Assembly (NCBI GenBank): GCA_965222625.1
Contig: OZ244962.1
Coordinates: forward strand, 1,459,582 to 1,499,581
Direction of reading: 5' to 3'
Length of the DNA: 40,000 bases
Origin: Gammaproteobacteria bacterium
GTDB taxonomy: Bacteria; Pseudomonadota; Gammaproteobacteria; PS1; Pseudothioglobaceae
A model generated the notes under the pieces. The model saw nothing but the letters and a program-made list of their open reading frames with translations, was not told the DNA's origin and did not search any database. Positions 1-10,200 of this stretch are shown in pieces. How positions within the stretch are numbered: position 1 is the stretch's first letter; each line of letters opens with the position of its first letter. The position numbers and the translations under genes are program-made.

Positions 1-489
1 GTGCTGCTGACCGGCGGTATAGGCCTGCTGCAACTCGATACCCAATGGTTGGCAATTAAAGAGGCGGCAGTTCCTGGCATTATTGGTATTGCTGTATTGG
101 TTTCGACGCAAACTCAGTATCCTTTGATTAAAACCTTGCTTTACAATCCAAAAATTTTAAATGTTGACAAGATCAGTCAAAGACTCGAAGAATTAGATAA
201 AACCGCAGTATTTGAAAAACGTTTAATGAGCGCAACTTACCTACTGGGAGGAACTTTTTTCTTTTCGTCGGTAATGAATTATGTGCTTGCTCGATGGATT
301 GTGACCAGTCCAGCAGGTAGCGCAGCGTTTAATGAGCAATTGGGCGAAATGACACTACTGAGTTATCCGATGATTGCTATTCCTTCTATGGTTATGATGA
401 TGGTTATTTTTTATTATCTGTGGCGCACCATCCACGGCATTACTGGGCTAAAGTTTGAAGAAATTATGAATGTTGAGAAAAAAGATTAG
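1..489 (+). CDS. Integral membrane protein, C-terminal part (5' end outside window); family not recognised
   Basis: Frame is open from base 1 to TAG at 487-489. Several hydrophobic helices (GIIGIAVLV, GGTFFFSSVMNYVLA, MIAIPSMVMMMVIFYYLW). Confidence 0.55.
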   Translation: MLLTGGIGLLQLDTQWLAIKEAAVPGIIGIAVLVSTQTQYPLIKTLLYNPKILNVDKISQRLEELDKTAVFEKRLMSATYLLGGTFFFSSVMNYVLARWIVTSPAGSAAFNEQLGEMTLLSYPMIAIPSMVMMMVIFYYLWRTIHGITGLKFEEIMNVEKKD

Positions 490-778
490 TTGATTTTTTA
501 ATTGGGCTTATAAATATTTAGGCTGGCTAAAAAAAATAACAGTCATTTTGTATTAGTCTTGTTGGCTGGTTCTGTTTGCTGAGTTTAGCGTAAAATTTAA
601 CTTATATTAATAATTAGAAAACCTTGCAAAATATGAACAATCATCACTCTTTTCAATGCTTTATTGAGAGCGAAAGCGCTATTTTTTATACTTCAAAAGC
701 GTGCACAAAAAACAGCCAAATTAATAAAACCTGCCATCTTACTGATTATTCATGTGAAGATTTCAACCGGTTTTCATT

Positions 779-2152
779 GTGAGCGCAACTGCTTTTTCGT
801 CTTTAGATTTAAAGTCCGATCTTATAGAAAACTTAAGCACCTTGGGTTATGAATCAATGACGCCAATTCAAAGTTTAAGTCTGCCAGTTATTTTGTCAGG
901 CAAAGATGTTATTGGGCAGGGCAAAACAGGCTCTGGAAAAACGGCTGCTTTTGGATTGGGTTTGCTCAATAAGCTGGATGTTAAATCGTACAAAGTGCAA
1001 TCTATTATTTTGTGCCCGACTCGAGAATTGGCTGATCAAGTGGCCAACGAAATTCGTAAATTAGCCAGAGCAGTGCACAATATCAAAGTATTAACTTTGT
1101 GTGGCGGCGCACCTTTTGGGCCGCAAATTGGCTCTTTGGAGCATGGCGCACATATTGTTGTTGGTACGCCTGGGCGCATTGAAGAGCATTTACGCAAAAA
1201 CACATTAAAACTTAATCATGTCGATACCTTGGTGCTTGATGAAGCAGACCGTATGTTGGATATGGGCTTTCAAGATGCGATTGATAACATTGTTGAAAAA
1301 ATTCCAACCAATAGGCAAACTTTGTTGTTTAGTGCAACTTATCCGCAAGAAATGCAAGATATTGCCGCCAGAGTAATGCAAGATCCTATTACTGTGAGCG
1401 CGCCATCGACGCATGAAGCATCAACCATCAAGCAATACTTTTATCAAACCAATACAGATGACGAACGTATGGTGGCGCTGCGCCTGCTTTTAGCTAAGCA
1501 TAAGCCTGATTCTGCCTTGATTTTTTGCAATACCAAGCGCGATACTCAAGACGTCGCAGATGAGCTGGTTTATTACGGTTTTTATGCGCTAGCCATTCAC
1601 GGTGATTTGGATCAGCGCGAGCGTGATCAGGCGTTAATCCGATTTTCTAATAAGAGCGTTTCTGTATTAGTGGCAACCGATGTCGCCGCTAGAGGTTTGG
1701 ATATTGAAGCCTTGGATATGGTGATTAATTTTAACCTTGCGCATGATCCCGAGATTCATACTCACCGCATTGGCCGTACTGGCAGAGCAGGGCGCAGCGG
1801 CATTGCTGCAACGCTTTATAGCGATAAAGAAAGCAGAAAATTAGATGCATTAGAGATTGATATTAGCACCGATGATTTGCCAAGCGAGGTTCATCTGGAT
1901 AAACCTGTTAAAAAGCCAACCATGACCACGCTTAAAATCGATGGCGGCAAAAAACAAAAGCTGCGTCCTGGGGATATTGTTGGCGGTTTAACCGGAAAAG
2001 ATGGCATTCCTGGCGATAAAATCGGAAAAATTACAGTTTCCAGTAATTGGTCTTATGTGGCGATAGAGTCAAGTTTGGTTAAAGTGGCTTTAAAGAAAAT
2101 TCAAAATGACAAACTCAAAGGCAAGACCTTTAGAGTTAGGATTTTGTCTTAG
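779..2152 (+). CDS. dbpA: ATP-dependent DEAD-box RNA helicase DbpA
   Basis: GTG start. Q motif (MTPIQ), Walker A GKTGSGKT, PTRELA, TPGR, VLDEADRMLDMGF, SAT, HRIGRTGRAG. C-terminal DbpA-type RNA-binding domain (TLKIDGGKKQKLRPGDIVGGL...KGKTFRVRIL). Confidence 0.92.
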   Translation: MSATAFSSLDLKSDLIENLSTLGYESMTPIQSLSLPVILSGKDVIGQGKTGSGKTAAFGLGLLNKLDVKSYKVQSIILCPTRELADQVANEIRKLARAVHNIKVLTLCGGAPFGPQIGSLEHGAHIVVGTPGRIEEHLRKNTLKLNHVDTLVLDEADRMLDMGFQDAIDNIVEKIPTNRQTLLFSATYPQEMQDIAARVMQDPITVSAPSTHEASTIKQYFYQTNTDDERMVALRLLLAKHKPDSALIFCNTKRDTQDVADELVYYGFYALAIHGDLDQRERDQALIRFSNKSVSVLVATDVAARGLDIEALDMVINFNLAHDPEIHTHRIGRTGRAGRSGIAATLYSDKESRKLDALEIDISTDDLPSEVHLDKPVKKPTMTTLKIDGGKKQKLRPGDIVGGLTGKDGIPGDKIGKITVSSNWSYVAIESSLVKVALKKIQNDKLKGKTFRVRILS

Positions 2153-2186
2153 AGGGCAGTGTAAAAGCCTTAACGCGATTTTTTCG

Positions 2187-2612
2187 CTAATCTTGTATCA
2201 GCTCAACTTTGAGGATTTTCCAGTTCTCATCAGCGCCATCATCATCATAATCAACGTTGTAACCCACCAGCATTTCTTCTACCTGATCCCTAAACAGCAA
2301 AGGCAATTCCCAAACGCGTGTGCAGCCTGGATAGCCATAAATATCATGATAAGTATTGTCAGAAATAGTGAGGTATTTGCTCAAACCCATTTGTGCAAAG
2401 TCGCCCATAACATCCTCAATAAAAGTAGGCTTTGTTAAGGGATAGAACTCCATCTCTACATATTTTTTAACGACAGCAATCGATTCTAGCAAATTGTTAT
2501 GAACAGCTTGCGCATCAGCAAGATCTTGGACTAATTCAATTACCTTGCCATTCTCTTTATCAATGGTGATCGAGTGAATCATTGGATAAACGCTCATTGT
2601 TTTTATTGCCAT
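2187..2612 (-). CDS. Hypothetical cytoplasmic protein (141 aa, acidic C-terminus)
   Basis: Uninterrupted ATG-initiated ORF convergent with dbpA. No family recognised by eye. Confidence 0.55.
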   Translation of the reverse strand: MAIKTMSVYPMIHSITIDKENGKVIELVQDLADAQAVHNNLLESIAVVKKYVEMEFYPLTKPTFIEDVMGDFAQMGLSKYLTISDNTYHDIYGYPGCTRVWELPLLFRDQVEEMLVGYNVDYDDDGADENWKILKVELIQD

Positions 2613-2752
2613 AATTTGTTTTTTTTGTTAATGTTTGGTTATTTTAATCGATAGCGCTGATTGCTTAGCGTTATAAAACAAATTAGTATTTTTTATAGTT
2701 GTTTCTCGATGTTTAAACTTAATCCATGTCAATAATTGGACGCAGGAATTTG

Positions 2753-3097
2753 TCAGGTATTACGAACGATGATTTGTTTTTTTGCCAGTTTTATATAATA
2801 TTTGTAGTCCAATAAGGCATAAATAACAATAGCAACAAACCCGATTGTCAGCATTGTGTTGCGACCTACGCCATGTCCAATAAACTTTAAATCGTCTATG
2901 ACGTTTAAATTTTCAACATCAACCTCTCTTAATACCATGCTAAAACAAAGCAATGAAAAAAACACAAGCATTAATTTATCCGCTTTTTTTTGGCTAAAAA
3001 CAGGAAAAATAAATAAAGCGCATGATAATATCAAAATTGCCACTTGTGTATTTTCTAGCCAGCCATTTTCTGTATAAATAAAGGTTTGATAAAGCAA
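2753..3097 (-). CDS. Small hydrophobic membrane protein (114 aa), TTG start
   Basis: ORF lies 15 bp downstream of the 419-aa membrane protein on the same strand. 3-4 predicted TM helices. Weak RBS and non-ATG start lower confidence. Confidence 0.4.
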   Translation of the reverse strand: MLYQTFIYTENGWLENTQVAILILSCALFIFPVFSQKKADKLMLVFFSLLCFSMVLREVDVENLNVIDDLKFIGHGVGRNTMLTIGFVAIVIYALLDYKYYIKLAKKQIIVRNT

Positions 3098-3112
3098 CCT
3101 ATTGCCATTTAA

Positions 3113-4372
3113 TTATTCAGCAGGAATGGCAAAAAAGACAATATACGCAAGGATTATTGCGATGCTTAAAAATAATAGACGCTTCCAACGTGTTATTTTT
3201 GAGTCTGGTGAACAATCACGATAACAAAAATTAAGCGCAAGTAGTGTTTGTAAAAAATAATAAAAAGCAAATGCGCGAGATGCAAGCGTGATAATTTCAA
3301 TTAAATCAACCGACCAAACCAGTAGTACGGCGCAAATAGATATGCCAAAATAACTGGCACGTGTTGACAGCTTTTTGCCGCTGTTTTCACTTAATAACCC
3401 GCCGCCACCGCCCGTGTCAGCAACGGCAGCACTAAATTGACTCATTAATGCCGCACCAATCAACATAAAAGGCAAAATTAGCGCAGCTTGCCCCGTTACA
3501 TCAACAATTTTTGCAAGTTGAATATGTTGAAGATCAAGATGTTGAACTACAGGCAAAAAGAGAATGACTGAAACCACGTAAAGTATGCCAGAAATGATTT
3601 GTGCTTTTTTCATGCTGGCAACGCGCACTTGTGGGCTATATTTTTCACCCAAAAAGCGCGAGGTTTCAAAGCCTTGCACGACCAGTAACGCCCCTGCAAG
3701 TATGCGCACTTGCGTGCTAATATCACGTTGCGGATAGTCAAAATTTAAACTAGCACCTGAGGTATAAAATACATAAGAAAAAACGCCCAAACCTAATAAT
3801 AATGACGTCACAATAGAAAGCTGCACTGTCATTGATACAGCTTCTAGTTTTTCTAATCCGCCTAATCCGCGTTTATAGCCTACCAATGCAATAAAAAAAA
3901 TAATGCTCGTTGTTAGCCAGCGTTCAGCATTTATATTGTCGATACCCAGATAGCTCAACAAAAAAGAAGACAGTAGTGACAAATAAAACGCAATCGCGAC
4001 CATATAAGCAAGCACCAGCGCTATATTTCCAAAATATTCTATTTCATGGGTTCTTTTTGACAAAGAGCCTTCTTTTATCCGTGGCTCGACATGGATGATG
4101 TTAAATCGTATAACGCTACCAATGGCGTACGCCAGTAAGACAATAACGGTTACTGCAATGGGCGAAAGCCCGCCAACAACACTCGCCAGCAATGGCGACA
4201 TAATCAAAAAACCACTGCCAATGATTGATGATAATGGCGTTAGCGTTGCTTGCCAGGACTCGCTATTTTGAAGTTTGGGTTTGCGCAGGTAATAAAGCGT
4301 CAAAAATGCCACAAGAATTAATCCTGCATTGAAAATCATGCTTGAAGCACTGAGTAATGAATTAGGATTCAT
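3113..4372 (-). CDS. Multi-pass membrane protein/transporter-like (419 aa, ~11-12 TM), family not recognised
   Basis: Long ATG ORF, hydrophobic throughout, with a glycine-rich loop (ADTGGGGGLLSE). Confidence 0.75.
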   Translation of the reverse strand: MNPNSLLSASSMIFNAGLILVAFLTLYYLRKPKLQNSESWQATLTPLSSIIGSGFLIMSPLLASVVGGLSPIAVTVIVLLAYAIGSVIRFNIIHVEPRIKEGSLSKRTHEIEYFGNIALVLAYMVAIAFYLSLLSSFLLSYLGIDNINAERWLTTSIIFFIALVGYKRGLGGLEKLEAVSMTVQLSIVTSLLLGLGVFSYVFYTSGASLNFDYPQRDISTQVRILAGALLVVQGFETSRFLGEKYSPQVRVASMKKAQIISGILYVVSVILFLPVVQHLDLQHIQLAKIVDVTGQAALILPFMLIGAALMSQFSAAVADTGGGGGLLSENSGKKLSTRASYFGISICAVLLVWSVDLIEIITLASRAFAFYYFLQTLLALNFCYRDCSPDSKITRWKRLLFLSIAIILAYIVFFAIPAE

Positions 4373-4722
4373 GGCTTAATTTTCATGGGCATAAAAGATG
4401 AGTTGTCATAATTTCGATGTAATCATTATTGTCCATTTTTTAATAATTGCCATCAGGGCTTATTTGAAAAATAAACAATGCTTGTGGCGATTAGGTTCAT
4501 TTGTTGTGTTATAGATTACACCTACTGATAAGGCGTGATGAAATATTTTTTTTATTGTTTTGATTTATTTCACTTATTTTTAAAATAAATCAAAATAAAC
4601 AGTTAATGATTGGCAGCTCTTCAGCAAAAAAAAGCAATGCAAGCGCAACACTTATTGCGTAAAAATATGCAGTATAATATTTTTGTAAATACTACATACT
4701 TTTATTAAAAAATAAATCAAAT

Positions 4723-7497
4723 ATGCTCAATATCGCAACTCGCTTAAAGACTTCATACAATAGCAACCTATTGCGCGGACGTATTTTACTGGGCATTTTT
4801 ATTCTTACTTGCGCGCTGATTATTGCCCGGGTTTTATTGTCTCCCGTTATCATTTATAGTGCAAATTCCTGGCTAGAGAAGCAGGCCATAGATTCGTCAA
4901 TTGAATCGATTGAAATTAGCCTATTTAGCGGCGATGTTTCATTGATTGATGTTCAGGGTAGTAAGGGCGGCAAGCCGCTTTTCAACATAGGCCGCGTTGA
5001 TGTTCACTGGCAATGGACGCCGCTGTCAGAAAAAATAGTTGAGATAACCGGCATATCGCTTGATACTTTGAATGTTAGCGTAGAAAAATATACCAACAAG
5101 ATTATTGTTGGCGGCGTTCACGTACCATTAGAACAAGCAATAAGCATAGCAGAAAATAAGCAAACGCCCGAAACAGAAAAAGAAGATTCCCCGTGGGGCG
5201 TTTCATTGGGCAAGATTAAATTGGCTAATTTAGATGTCTGCTATTTGGAACATACAGCTGTTTTTGAGCAATCAAGTGCAGATAATAAATATGTCGATTA
5301 TTGTCTCAAACTTGAAGAATTAAACTGGAATGGGGTGATTGGTTATGCAACGGATGAAGCGCTGCTTGCTGCTGATGATTTACCGCTTACTTCTACAGGT
5401 GACGTTTTGCTTAAAGCGCTAAAACTCACTGACAATAAATTACAAAAGCGGCTATTAGAAATTCAAACTGCTTCGTTAGAGGCGGTGGTTATTGCAGGGC
5501 TTAATAATCTGCACATTGAGAATTTAAACATACAAGCGTTATCGGCGCTTCACCGTGATGACGCACAACATGAAGATACGATTAATTTTAATAATCTGAA
5601 TCTTTCTGACATTAAACTAGACAACCTTAATGCGCTTAAAGTCGATGCAATCTTTGTTGATAGTCCCAATTTATACCTAGTTAAACAAAATGAAAATCAA
5701 TGGGAATATCAGCAGTGGCTGCCTAGCCCAGCCACCGAAGCTAAATCAGACTCAGCGCCTTTTAAGGTAAATATTAATGCAATTAGCGTTACCAAAGCTG
5801 ATTTGTGTTATTTAGAAAACCAGACTTTGCTAAATTATTGCCTTGCTTTGGATGATTTAAACTGGACAGGCGCCATTAACTTTGCATCCGAATTGTCGGC
5901 TAAAGGAGGGCTGGATCTTTCTAAGTTAAACATCTCAAATAATGCCATTGATCGCAGCCTGCTTAGCCTTGAGTCGCTTGCTGTAGATAATTTAGAAGTT
6001 GCAGAGCTTAATAAAATCAGTTTAGATAAATTTACCATACAAAATTTGTCCGCCTTACAGCGTAGCGCCCAACACGATGACGCTACGCTTGCTTTTAAAG
6101 CGTTAATCATCGACGATGTAAAATATTTCAATGAAAGCGCTGTGATTAATAACATCAGCTTATCTGGCCTAGCAAGCACTGTATCAAAAAACAAATCTGG
6201 CGATTGGGAGCATGATAAATGGCAGTCAAAAACTACTACTGACGACGCTACCAATACAGCTGCTAATGAAACTACCAATACAGCTGCTAATGAAACTACC
6301 AATACAGCTGCTAATGAAACTACCAATACAGCTGCTAATGAAACTACCAATACAGCTGCTAATGAAACTACCAATACAGCTGTTAAAGATTCTGATAGCA
6401 AGCCCTCTAAACCTTTCAAAATTTCGCTAAATACACTGACTATCAAAACTGAAAATAAGCTCTCTTTTATTGATAACTCGACCACACCGCCAATAGATCT
6501 TGGCCTCGAACAGCTTTCACTTGAGCTAAAAGATTTGCATTCATCCAAGCCAAAAACAGACAGTCCTTTTAAGCTTTCTGCCAAATCATCACGCCACGCC
6601 ACAATCGATATACACGGCAGTGTTCGACCGTTTGATGAAAAAGTTTCTTTTGTTGCTAATGGCGATTTAAAAGGATTTGATTTGCGCGCGATAACGCCTT
6701 CAACCACAAAAGCCATTGGGCATATTGTCAAAAGTGGGCAGCTTAACGCAAAACTCGCTCTACTAGCCAAAGACGGCGTTTTAGACAGCAATATGGCGCT
6801 TAGTTTGTATCAGTTTCACATAGAGCCAACCAGTAAGGAGGCCGGCGCAGAATTAGATGCTAAAGTTGGTATACCGTTAAATCAAACCTTGGTATTGCTG
6901 CGTGATAAAGATGACAGTATCCATCTAGATATTCCAATTACTGGCGACATTAACAAGCCTGATTTTGATCCAACGCAGGCCATTTTAAAGGCAACAACTA
7001 AAGCGGCAACGGTTGCATTAATTACCTTCTATACGCCGTATGGTCTTATTTATGCAGGCGGCAGTATACTTTTTGATTTGGCCACAGCTTTAAACTTTGA
7101 CCCTTTATTGTCTGAAGCAGGCAATTCCAAGCTAACTGCAGATCACAAAAAACAACTTGAAAATTTAACCAAACTATTAACCGAGAAGCCGCAAGTACGC
7201 TTAACTTTATGTGGCGCGACTAATCAAGCTGATTTTTTGATGCTTTATCCTAAGCCAAAAAACCAAAAACCTGTAAGTAAAGAAGTAAAACCTGCAAATA
7301 AAGAGGAAAAACCTGTGGCAATTAAGCCAAATAAAATGCAGAACGAAGCGCTCAATAAGCTGGCAACAGCGCGCCAGGTAAATAGCAAAAACTATCTTAT
7401 TGAAAAGGCCAAAATTGCGCATGATCGATTGATACTTTGTGAGCCTGATATTTCAGTTGAAGAGCGGGCGCTATCTGGGGTTGAGATAAATATTTAA
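4723..7497 (+). CDS. Large envelope-associated protein, DUF748/AsmA-like (924 aa) with N-terminal membrane anchor
   Basis: ATG ORF with N-terminal TM (ILLGIFILTCALIIARVLL). Repetitive beta-rich leucine/asparagine segments. Lys/Pro-rich tail. Family assignment is by eye only. Confidence 0.7.
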   Translation: MLNIATRLKTSYNSNLLRGRILLGIFILTCALIIARVLLSPVIIYSANSWLEKQAIDSSIESIEISLFSGDVSLIDVQGSKGGKPLFNIGRVDVHWQWTPLSEKIVEITGISLDTLNVSVEKYTNKIIVGGVHVPLEQAISIAENKQTPETEKEDSPWGVSLGKIKLANLDVCYLEHTAVFEQSSADNKYVDYCLKLEELNWNGVIGYATDEALLAADDLPLTSTGDVLLKALKLTDNKLQKRLLEIQTASLEAVVIAGLNNLHIENLNIQALSALHRDDAQHEDTINFNNLNLSDIKLDNLNALKVDAIFVDSPNLYLVKQNENQWEYQQWLPSPATEAKSDSAPFKVNINAISVTKADLCYLENQTLLNYCLALDDLNWTGAINFASELSAKGGLDLSKLNISNNAIDRSLLSLESLAVDNLEVAELNKISLDKFTIQNLSALQRSAQHDDATLAFKALIIDDVKYFNESAVINNISLSGLASTVSKNKSGDWEHDKWQSKTTTDDATNTAANETTNTAANETTNTAANETTNTAANETTNTAANETTNTAVKDSDSKPSKPFKISLNTLTIKTENKLSFIDNSTTPPIDLGLEQLSLELKDLHSSKPKTDSPFKLSAKSSRHATIDIHGSVRPFDEKVSFVANGDLKGFDLRAITPSTTKAIGHIVKSGQLNAKLALLAKDGVLDSNMALSLYQFHIEPTSKEAGAELDAKVGIPLNQTLVLLRDKDDSIHLDIPITGDINKPDFDPTQAILKATTKAATVALITFYTPYGLIYAGGSILFDLATALNFDPLLSEAGNSKLTADHKKQLENLTKLLTEKPQVRLTLCGATNQADFLMLYPKPKNQKPVSKEVKPANKEEKPVAIKPNKMQNEALNKLATARQVNSKNYLIEKAKIAHDRLILCEPDISVEERALSGVEINI
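6247..6382 (+). repeat. Perfect 24-bp in-frame tandem repeat, ~5.7 copies (unit ACTACCAATACAGCTGCTAATGAA, peptide TTNTAANE)
   Basis: Units start at 6247, 6271, 6295, 6319 and 6343, with a partial unit at 6367. They are identical except the first codon (GCT) of unit 1. Confidence 0.95.
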
Positions 7498-7570
7498 TCT
7501 TTGTTATATGCAGAGTAGATTCAGCTCGCCCATTAATTCAAGCCGCTTCATCAACAGTAATTAACACTGA
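7451..7570 (+). repeat. Inverted-duplication arm A (120 bp), containing the last 47 nt and stop codon of the 924-aa gene
   Basis: Reverse complement of 10201-10320 matches at 117/120 positions by manual alignment. Confidence 0.9.
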
Positions 7571-7734
7571 CCCCTTTACATTCAGGGCTTGTGTTACACT
7601 GCCTTTATGATCAGATTAACCAGAGTTGTTTTATCCAAATAAAATAATGTTTTTTGGGTGTGCTTTAATTGAGAGAGAAAATAACTAAGTATTATGTCCC
7701 TCAGAACTCAGAACTCAGAATTTATAGGAATAAG

Positions 7735-8841
7735 ATGAAAAAATTAGCATGGAAAACCTTTAACCGAAACTATCTATTTTTCATACTTGGTGGAGGATTA
7801 TTGTTGGCATTGATTTTGCTTTTTCAATGTTGGGGCGGAAATAAAGAATTTAAATATTCATACTATTCTCCCGGAAAAGGAACGGTTAATATGGAAAAAG
7901 GCAAAGATATAAGAAAACCTATATCTCTTATAGGAAAAGATTTGCCTGATAATTTGCTGGTTATAACTGATATGGGAAGAAGCGTTGTAGTTGTTGGCAA
8001 GGAAGGGAAGGTATTATATGAAAAACTAAATATTAAGGTGGGTCGGTCGTTTGCTATCGATTTTAAAAAAGCTCTAATCCCAGTAAAGAATGTCGCAAAG
8101 ATGTTTAGGTTAGATAGTTTTACGTTTGCTGATGAAGCTGATGAAATAGAATTCAATCACACTAAAAGCATAGGTTTTATTAGTAAGCATGGAGATCAAA
8201 TTGTCGCAGGAGATTATGTAAAAGATGGAACGATTAGGGTTTTTAAGGAAAATAAAAATAAGGAGTTAATAGAAGTATTTAAAGATCCAATCCGTTCTTT
8301 CTACTCTCGCCATGCAATAACTAATGGCAGTGATATTTTATTTGTAGCAGACACATTTGGGCAGCGTGTTTATGGTGTTGATATGAAGTCAAATAAAAAG
8401 ATTTTTGAAATTCCAAGCTACTTCCCTAATCAGATTGATCTAATCGATCAAGACACTATTCTTATTACTGAAGAGCATATGAATCGGGTGGTTTCTTACA
8501 ATTTTAAACTTAATATATTTAAAGTTGTTGCCAGTTGTCCTATTCAATTTTACAAAAACTCTGTAGTGACTGATTTAAAAACAGCCGAAGAGAAGGCCCC
8601 ACAATTTGTAGCAGAAAAACCAATAGATTACCCTAAATCTCTATGTGCTTCATCCGAAGCTGGAATCAAAACACTTTACTCACCTAATGGTGCCAGAGCT
8701 TATGGAAAAGACAAACTCCTAGTCGCTGATACAGATAATCATAGAATTGTGATTTTTGAAAAAGGTGAAGTAGTAACAGTCATAGACGGGTTTAACAATC
8801 CATCAGATGCTGCTTTTTTTGCATCTTTTCCAGGAAATTAA
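7735..8841 (+). CDS. Membrane-anchored NHL-repeat-like beta-propeller protein
   Basis: The track ORF starts at TTG 7669. An in-frame ATG at 7735 preceded by AGGAA gives MKKLAWKTF... plus a TM helix (FFILGGGLLLALILLF). NHL-like motifs present (FVADTFGQRVYGVD, LLVADTDNHRIVIFEKG). Confidence 0.7.
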   Translation: MKKLAWKTFNRNYLFFILGGGLLLALILLFQCWGGNKEFKYSYYSPGKGTVNMEKGKDIRKPISLIGKDLPDNLLVITDMGRSVVVVGKEGKVLYEKLNIKVGRSFAIDFKKALIPVKNVAKMFRLDSFTFADEADEIEFNHTKSIGFISKHGDQIVAGDYVKDGTIRVFKENKNKELIEVFKDPIRSFYSRHAITNGSDILFVADTFGQRVYGVDMKSNKKIFEIPSYFPNQIDLIDQDTILITEEHMNRVVSYNFKLNIFKVVASCPIQFYKNSVVTDLKTAEEKAPQFVAEKPIDYPKSLCASSEAGIKTLYSPNGARAYGKDKLLVADTDNHRIVIFEKGEVVTVIDGFNNPSDAAFFASFPGN

Positions 8842-8899
8842 AAGATTGTTTTTTAAATAAAAGGGGGCGCTATGAACATCCCCCAATAAACTGGACACC

Positions 8900-9750
8900 T
8901 CACTGAGTAGTATAGAATGCTTTTTCAAAATTATCTGGCGATTGATAATCTAAATAAGAATGTCGTCTAATCTTGTTGTAAAAAACCTCAATATATTCAA
9001 AGATTGAACTTTTTGCTTCGTCTAAGTTTTTGTAAGTTTGTTCATTAACAAGCTCTCGCTTTAAGGTGTTAAAAAAGCTTTCAGCCACGGCGTTGTCATG
9101 ACACACACCTTTGTTATTGCCCTGAGCGTAGCGAGGAAATACTCTTGGGGTGCATACTTTGTTCAATATCATTCTTTTTGAATAATGCTAAATAAGCATA
9201 AGCTCTATAGGTTGCACCTTGGTCAGAGTGTAGTAATACTGTTTGATTTTTAGGTTTATTCTTAATAGCCATCTTTAAGGCGCTAATGACTAAGGCAGTA
9301 TCATTATGTTTTGACATTGACCAACCTACAATCTTCCTAGAGAATAAATCCAGTACAGTAGCTAGATACAACCAACCTTGCTTCGTGTAAATAAAAGTCG
9401 TATCACTCACCCATTTTTGATTAGGGTGTTGTGCGTAGAATTCCCTATTTAGAATGTTGGCTGTAAAGCCAACATTATTGCGAGGTATTTTTACCCTCTT
9501 ATGTTTAATGGATAGCTTAGAGTAGATGCCATGTTCATGCATCATTCTAGCCACTTTTGTTCAAGCTGCATGAGATATTGTCTTCCTTTAAATCTTTGTA
9601 GATTCTAGGAGATCCGTAGTTGCACCTAGAGATTTTAAAGAAACGGATAATGTCCAATAAAATGACATTATTACGCTTACTCCGACTACTAATTGGTTTG
9701 GTATTCCAGTAGTAAAAACCACTTCTTGATACTTGCATACACCGACACAA
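8900..9750 (-). pseudogene. IS3-family transposase OrfB (DDE integrase core) split into three frames
   Basis: Fragments 9547-9750, 9114-9554 and 8900-9172 together read as an rve-type core (WVSDTTFI, HSDQGATY, CHDNAVAESFF). Two frame breaks (~9550 and ~9150) come on top of the normal orfA/orfB frameshift. Confidence 0.8.
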
Positions 9751-9797
9751 AATCTTGATTGGATAGTTTATTGCCTGAGTGGCAATAAACTCAAACC

Positions 9798-10151
9798 TTA
9801 GCTGTTTTGATCCTCGAAGTAAGCCTGAGCCTTTTTTAATATCTCAGCCTCCATCTGCGCCAATTTAAGCGCTTTAGAGAGGCGTTTGTTCTCTTTAAGG
9901 AGTTCGCTATGTGTTGCTTTATGATGATCAGTTTGATTATTAGTAGCGGTTCTCTTATTCTTTTTAATCCTCGCTTGACGGGGAAAGGCTTTATCTTGTT
10001 TTAAATTCAACTGCCCCCTCCACTTGTAAATCATATTACGGCGAATATCTAGATCTCTTGCAAGCTGTGCAATACAAGTGCCTGGTTGGCTTGCAAGTCT
10101 AAGGGCTTCTAGTTTAAACTCTTTGGTGAACTTCTTATTACGAATGGTCAT
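9798..10151 (-). CDS. IS3-family transposase OrfA (HTH)
   Basis: FTKEFKLEALRLASQPGTCIAQLARDLDIRRNMIYKWR helix-turn-helix followed by a leucine-zipper-like tail. The ORF ends just past the slippery site. Confidence 0.85.
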   Translation of the reverse strand: MTIRNKKFTKEFKLEALRLASQPGTCIAQLARDLDIRRNMIYKWRGQLNLKQDKAFPRQARIKKNKRTATNNQTDHHKATHSELLKENKRLSKALKLAQMEAEILKKAQAYFEDQNS

Positions 10152-10200
10152 GCTGGACTCCTAAATGGTTATATTTAGTGTCCAGTTTATTGGGGGAGTG

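Noticed and set aside
664-852. Short or overlapping ORFs such as 664-852, 1205-1414(-), 2106-2438, 3910-4098, 7207-7422(-), 7863-8156(-), 11649-11834(-), 18456-18677(-), 21495-21803(-), 22958-23209(-), 24505-25165 (several), 26427-26962, 29205-29761(+), 35229-35522(+), 36158-36406(+), 36599-36883, 36959-37658(-), 39000-39230(-)
   Set aside because: Each lies within or antisense to a longer ORF with clear family motifs or better context. Their open frames are explained by AT-rich composition.
4560-4593. 11-bp AT-only inverted repeat TTGATTTATTT / AAATAAATCAA upstream of the 924-aa gene (AAATAAATCAA recurs at 4709-4719)
   Set aside because: Possibly a regulator site, but in a ~350-bp, extremely AT-rich divergent promoter region such matches are expected by chance. 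There is no supporting evidence.
5835-6791. 318-aa minus-strand ORF (and the 72-aa + ORF at 6212-6430) overlapping the 924-aa gene
   Set aside because: It is antisense or alternate-frame to a much longer, better-supported gene. It stays open only because of the 24-bp tandem repeat and biased composition, and the product is low-complexity (…LVVSLAAV… repeated).
8851-8885. GGGGG-N12-CCCCC hairpin after the NHL-like gene as a rho-independent terminator
   Set aside because: The right arm belongs to the IS3 terminal inverted repeat, so the pairing was created by the insertion. No T-tract follows.
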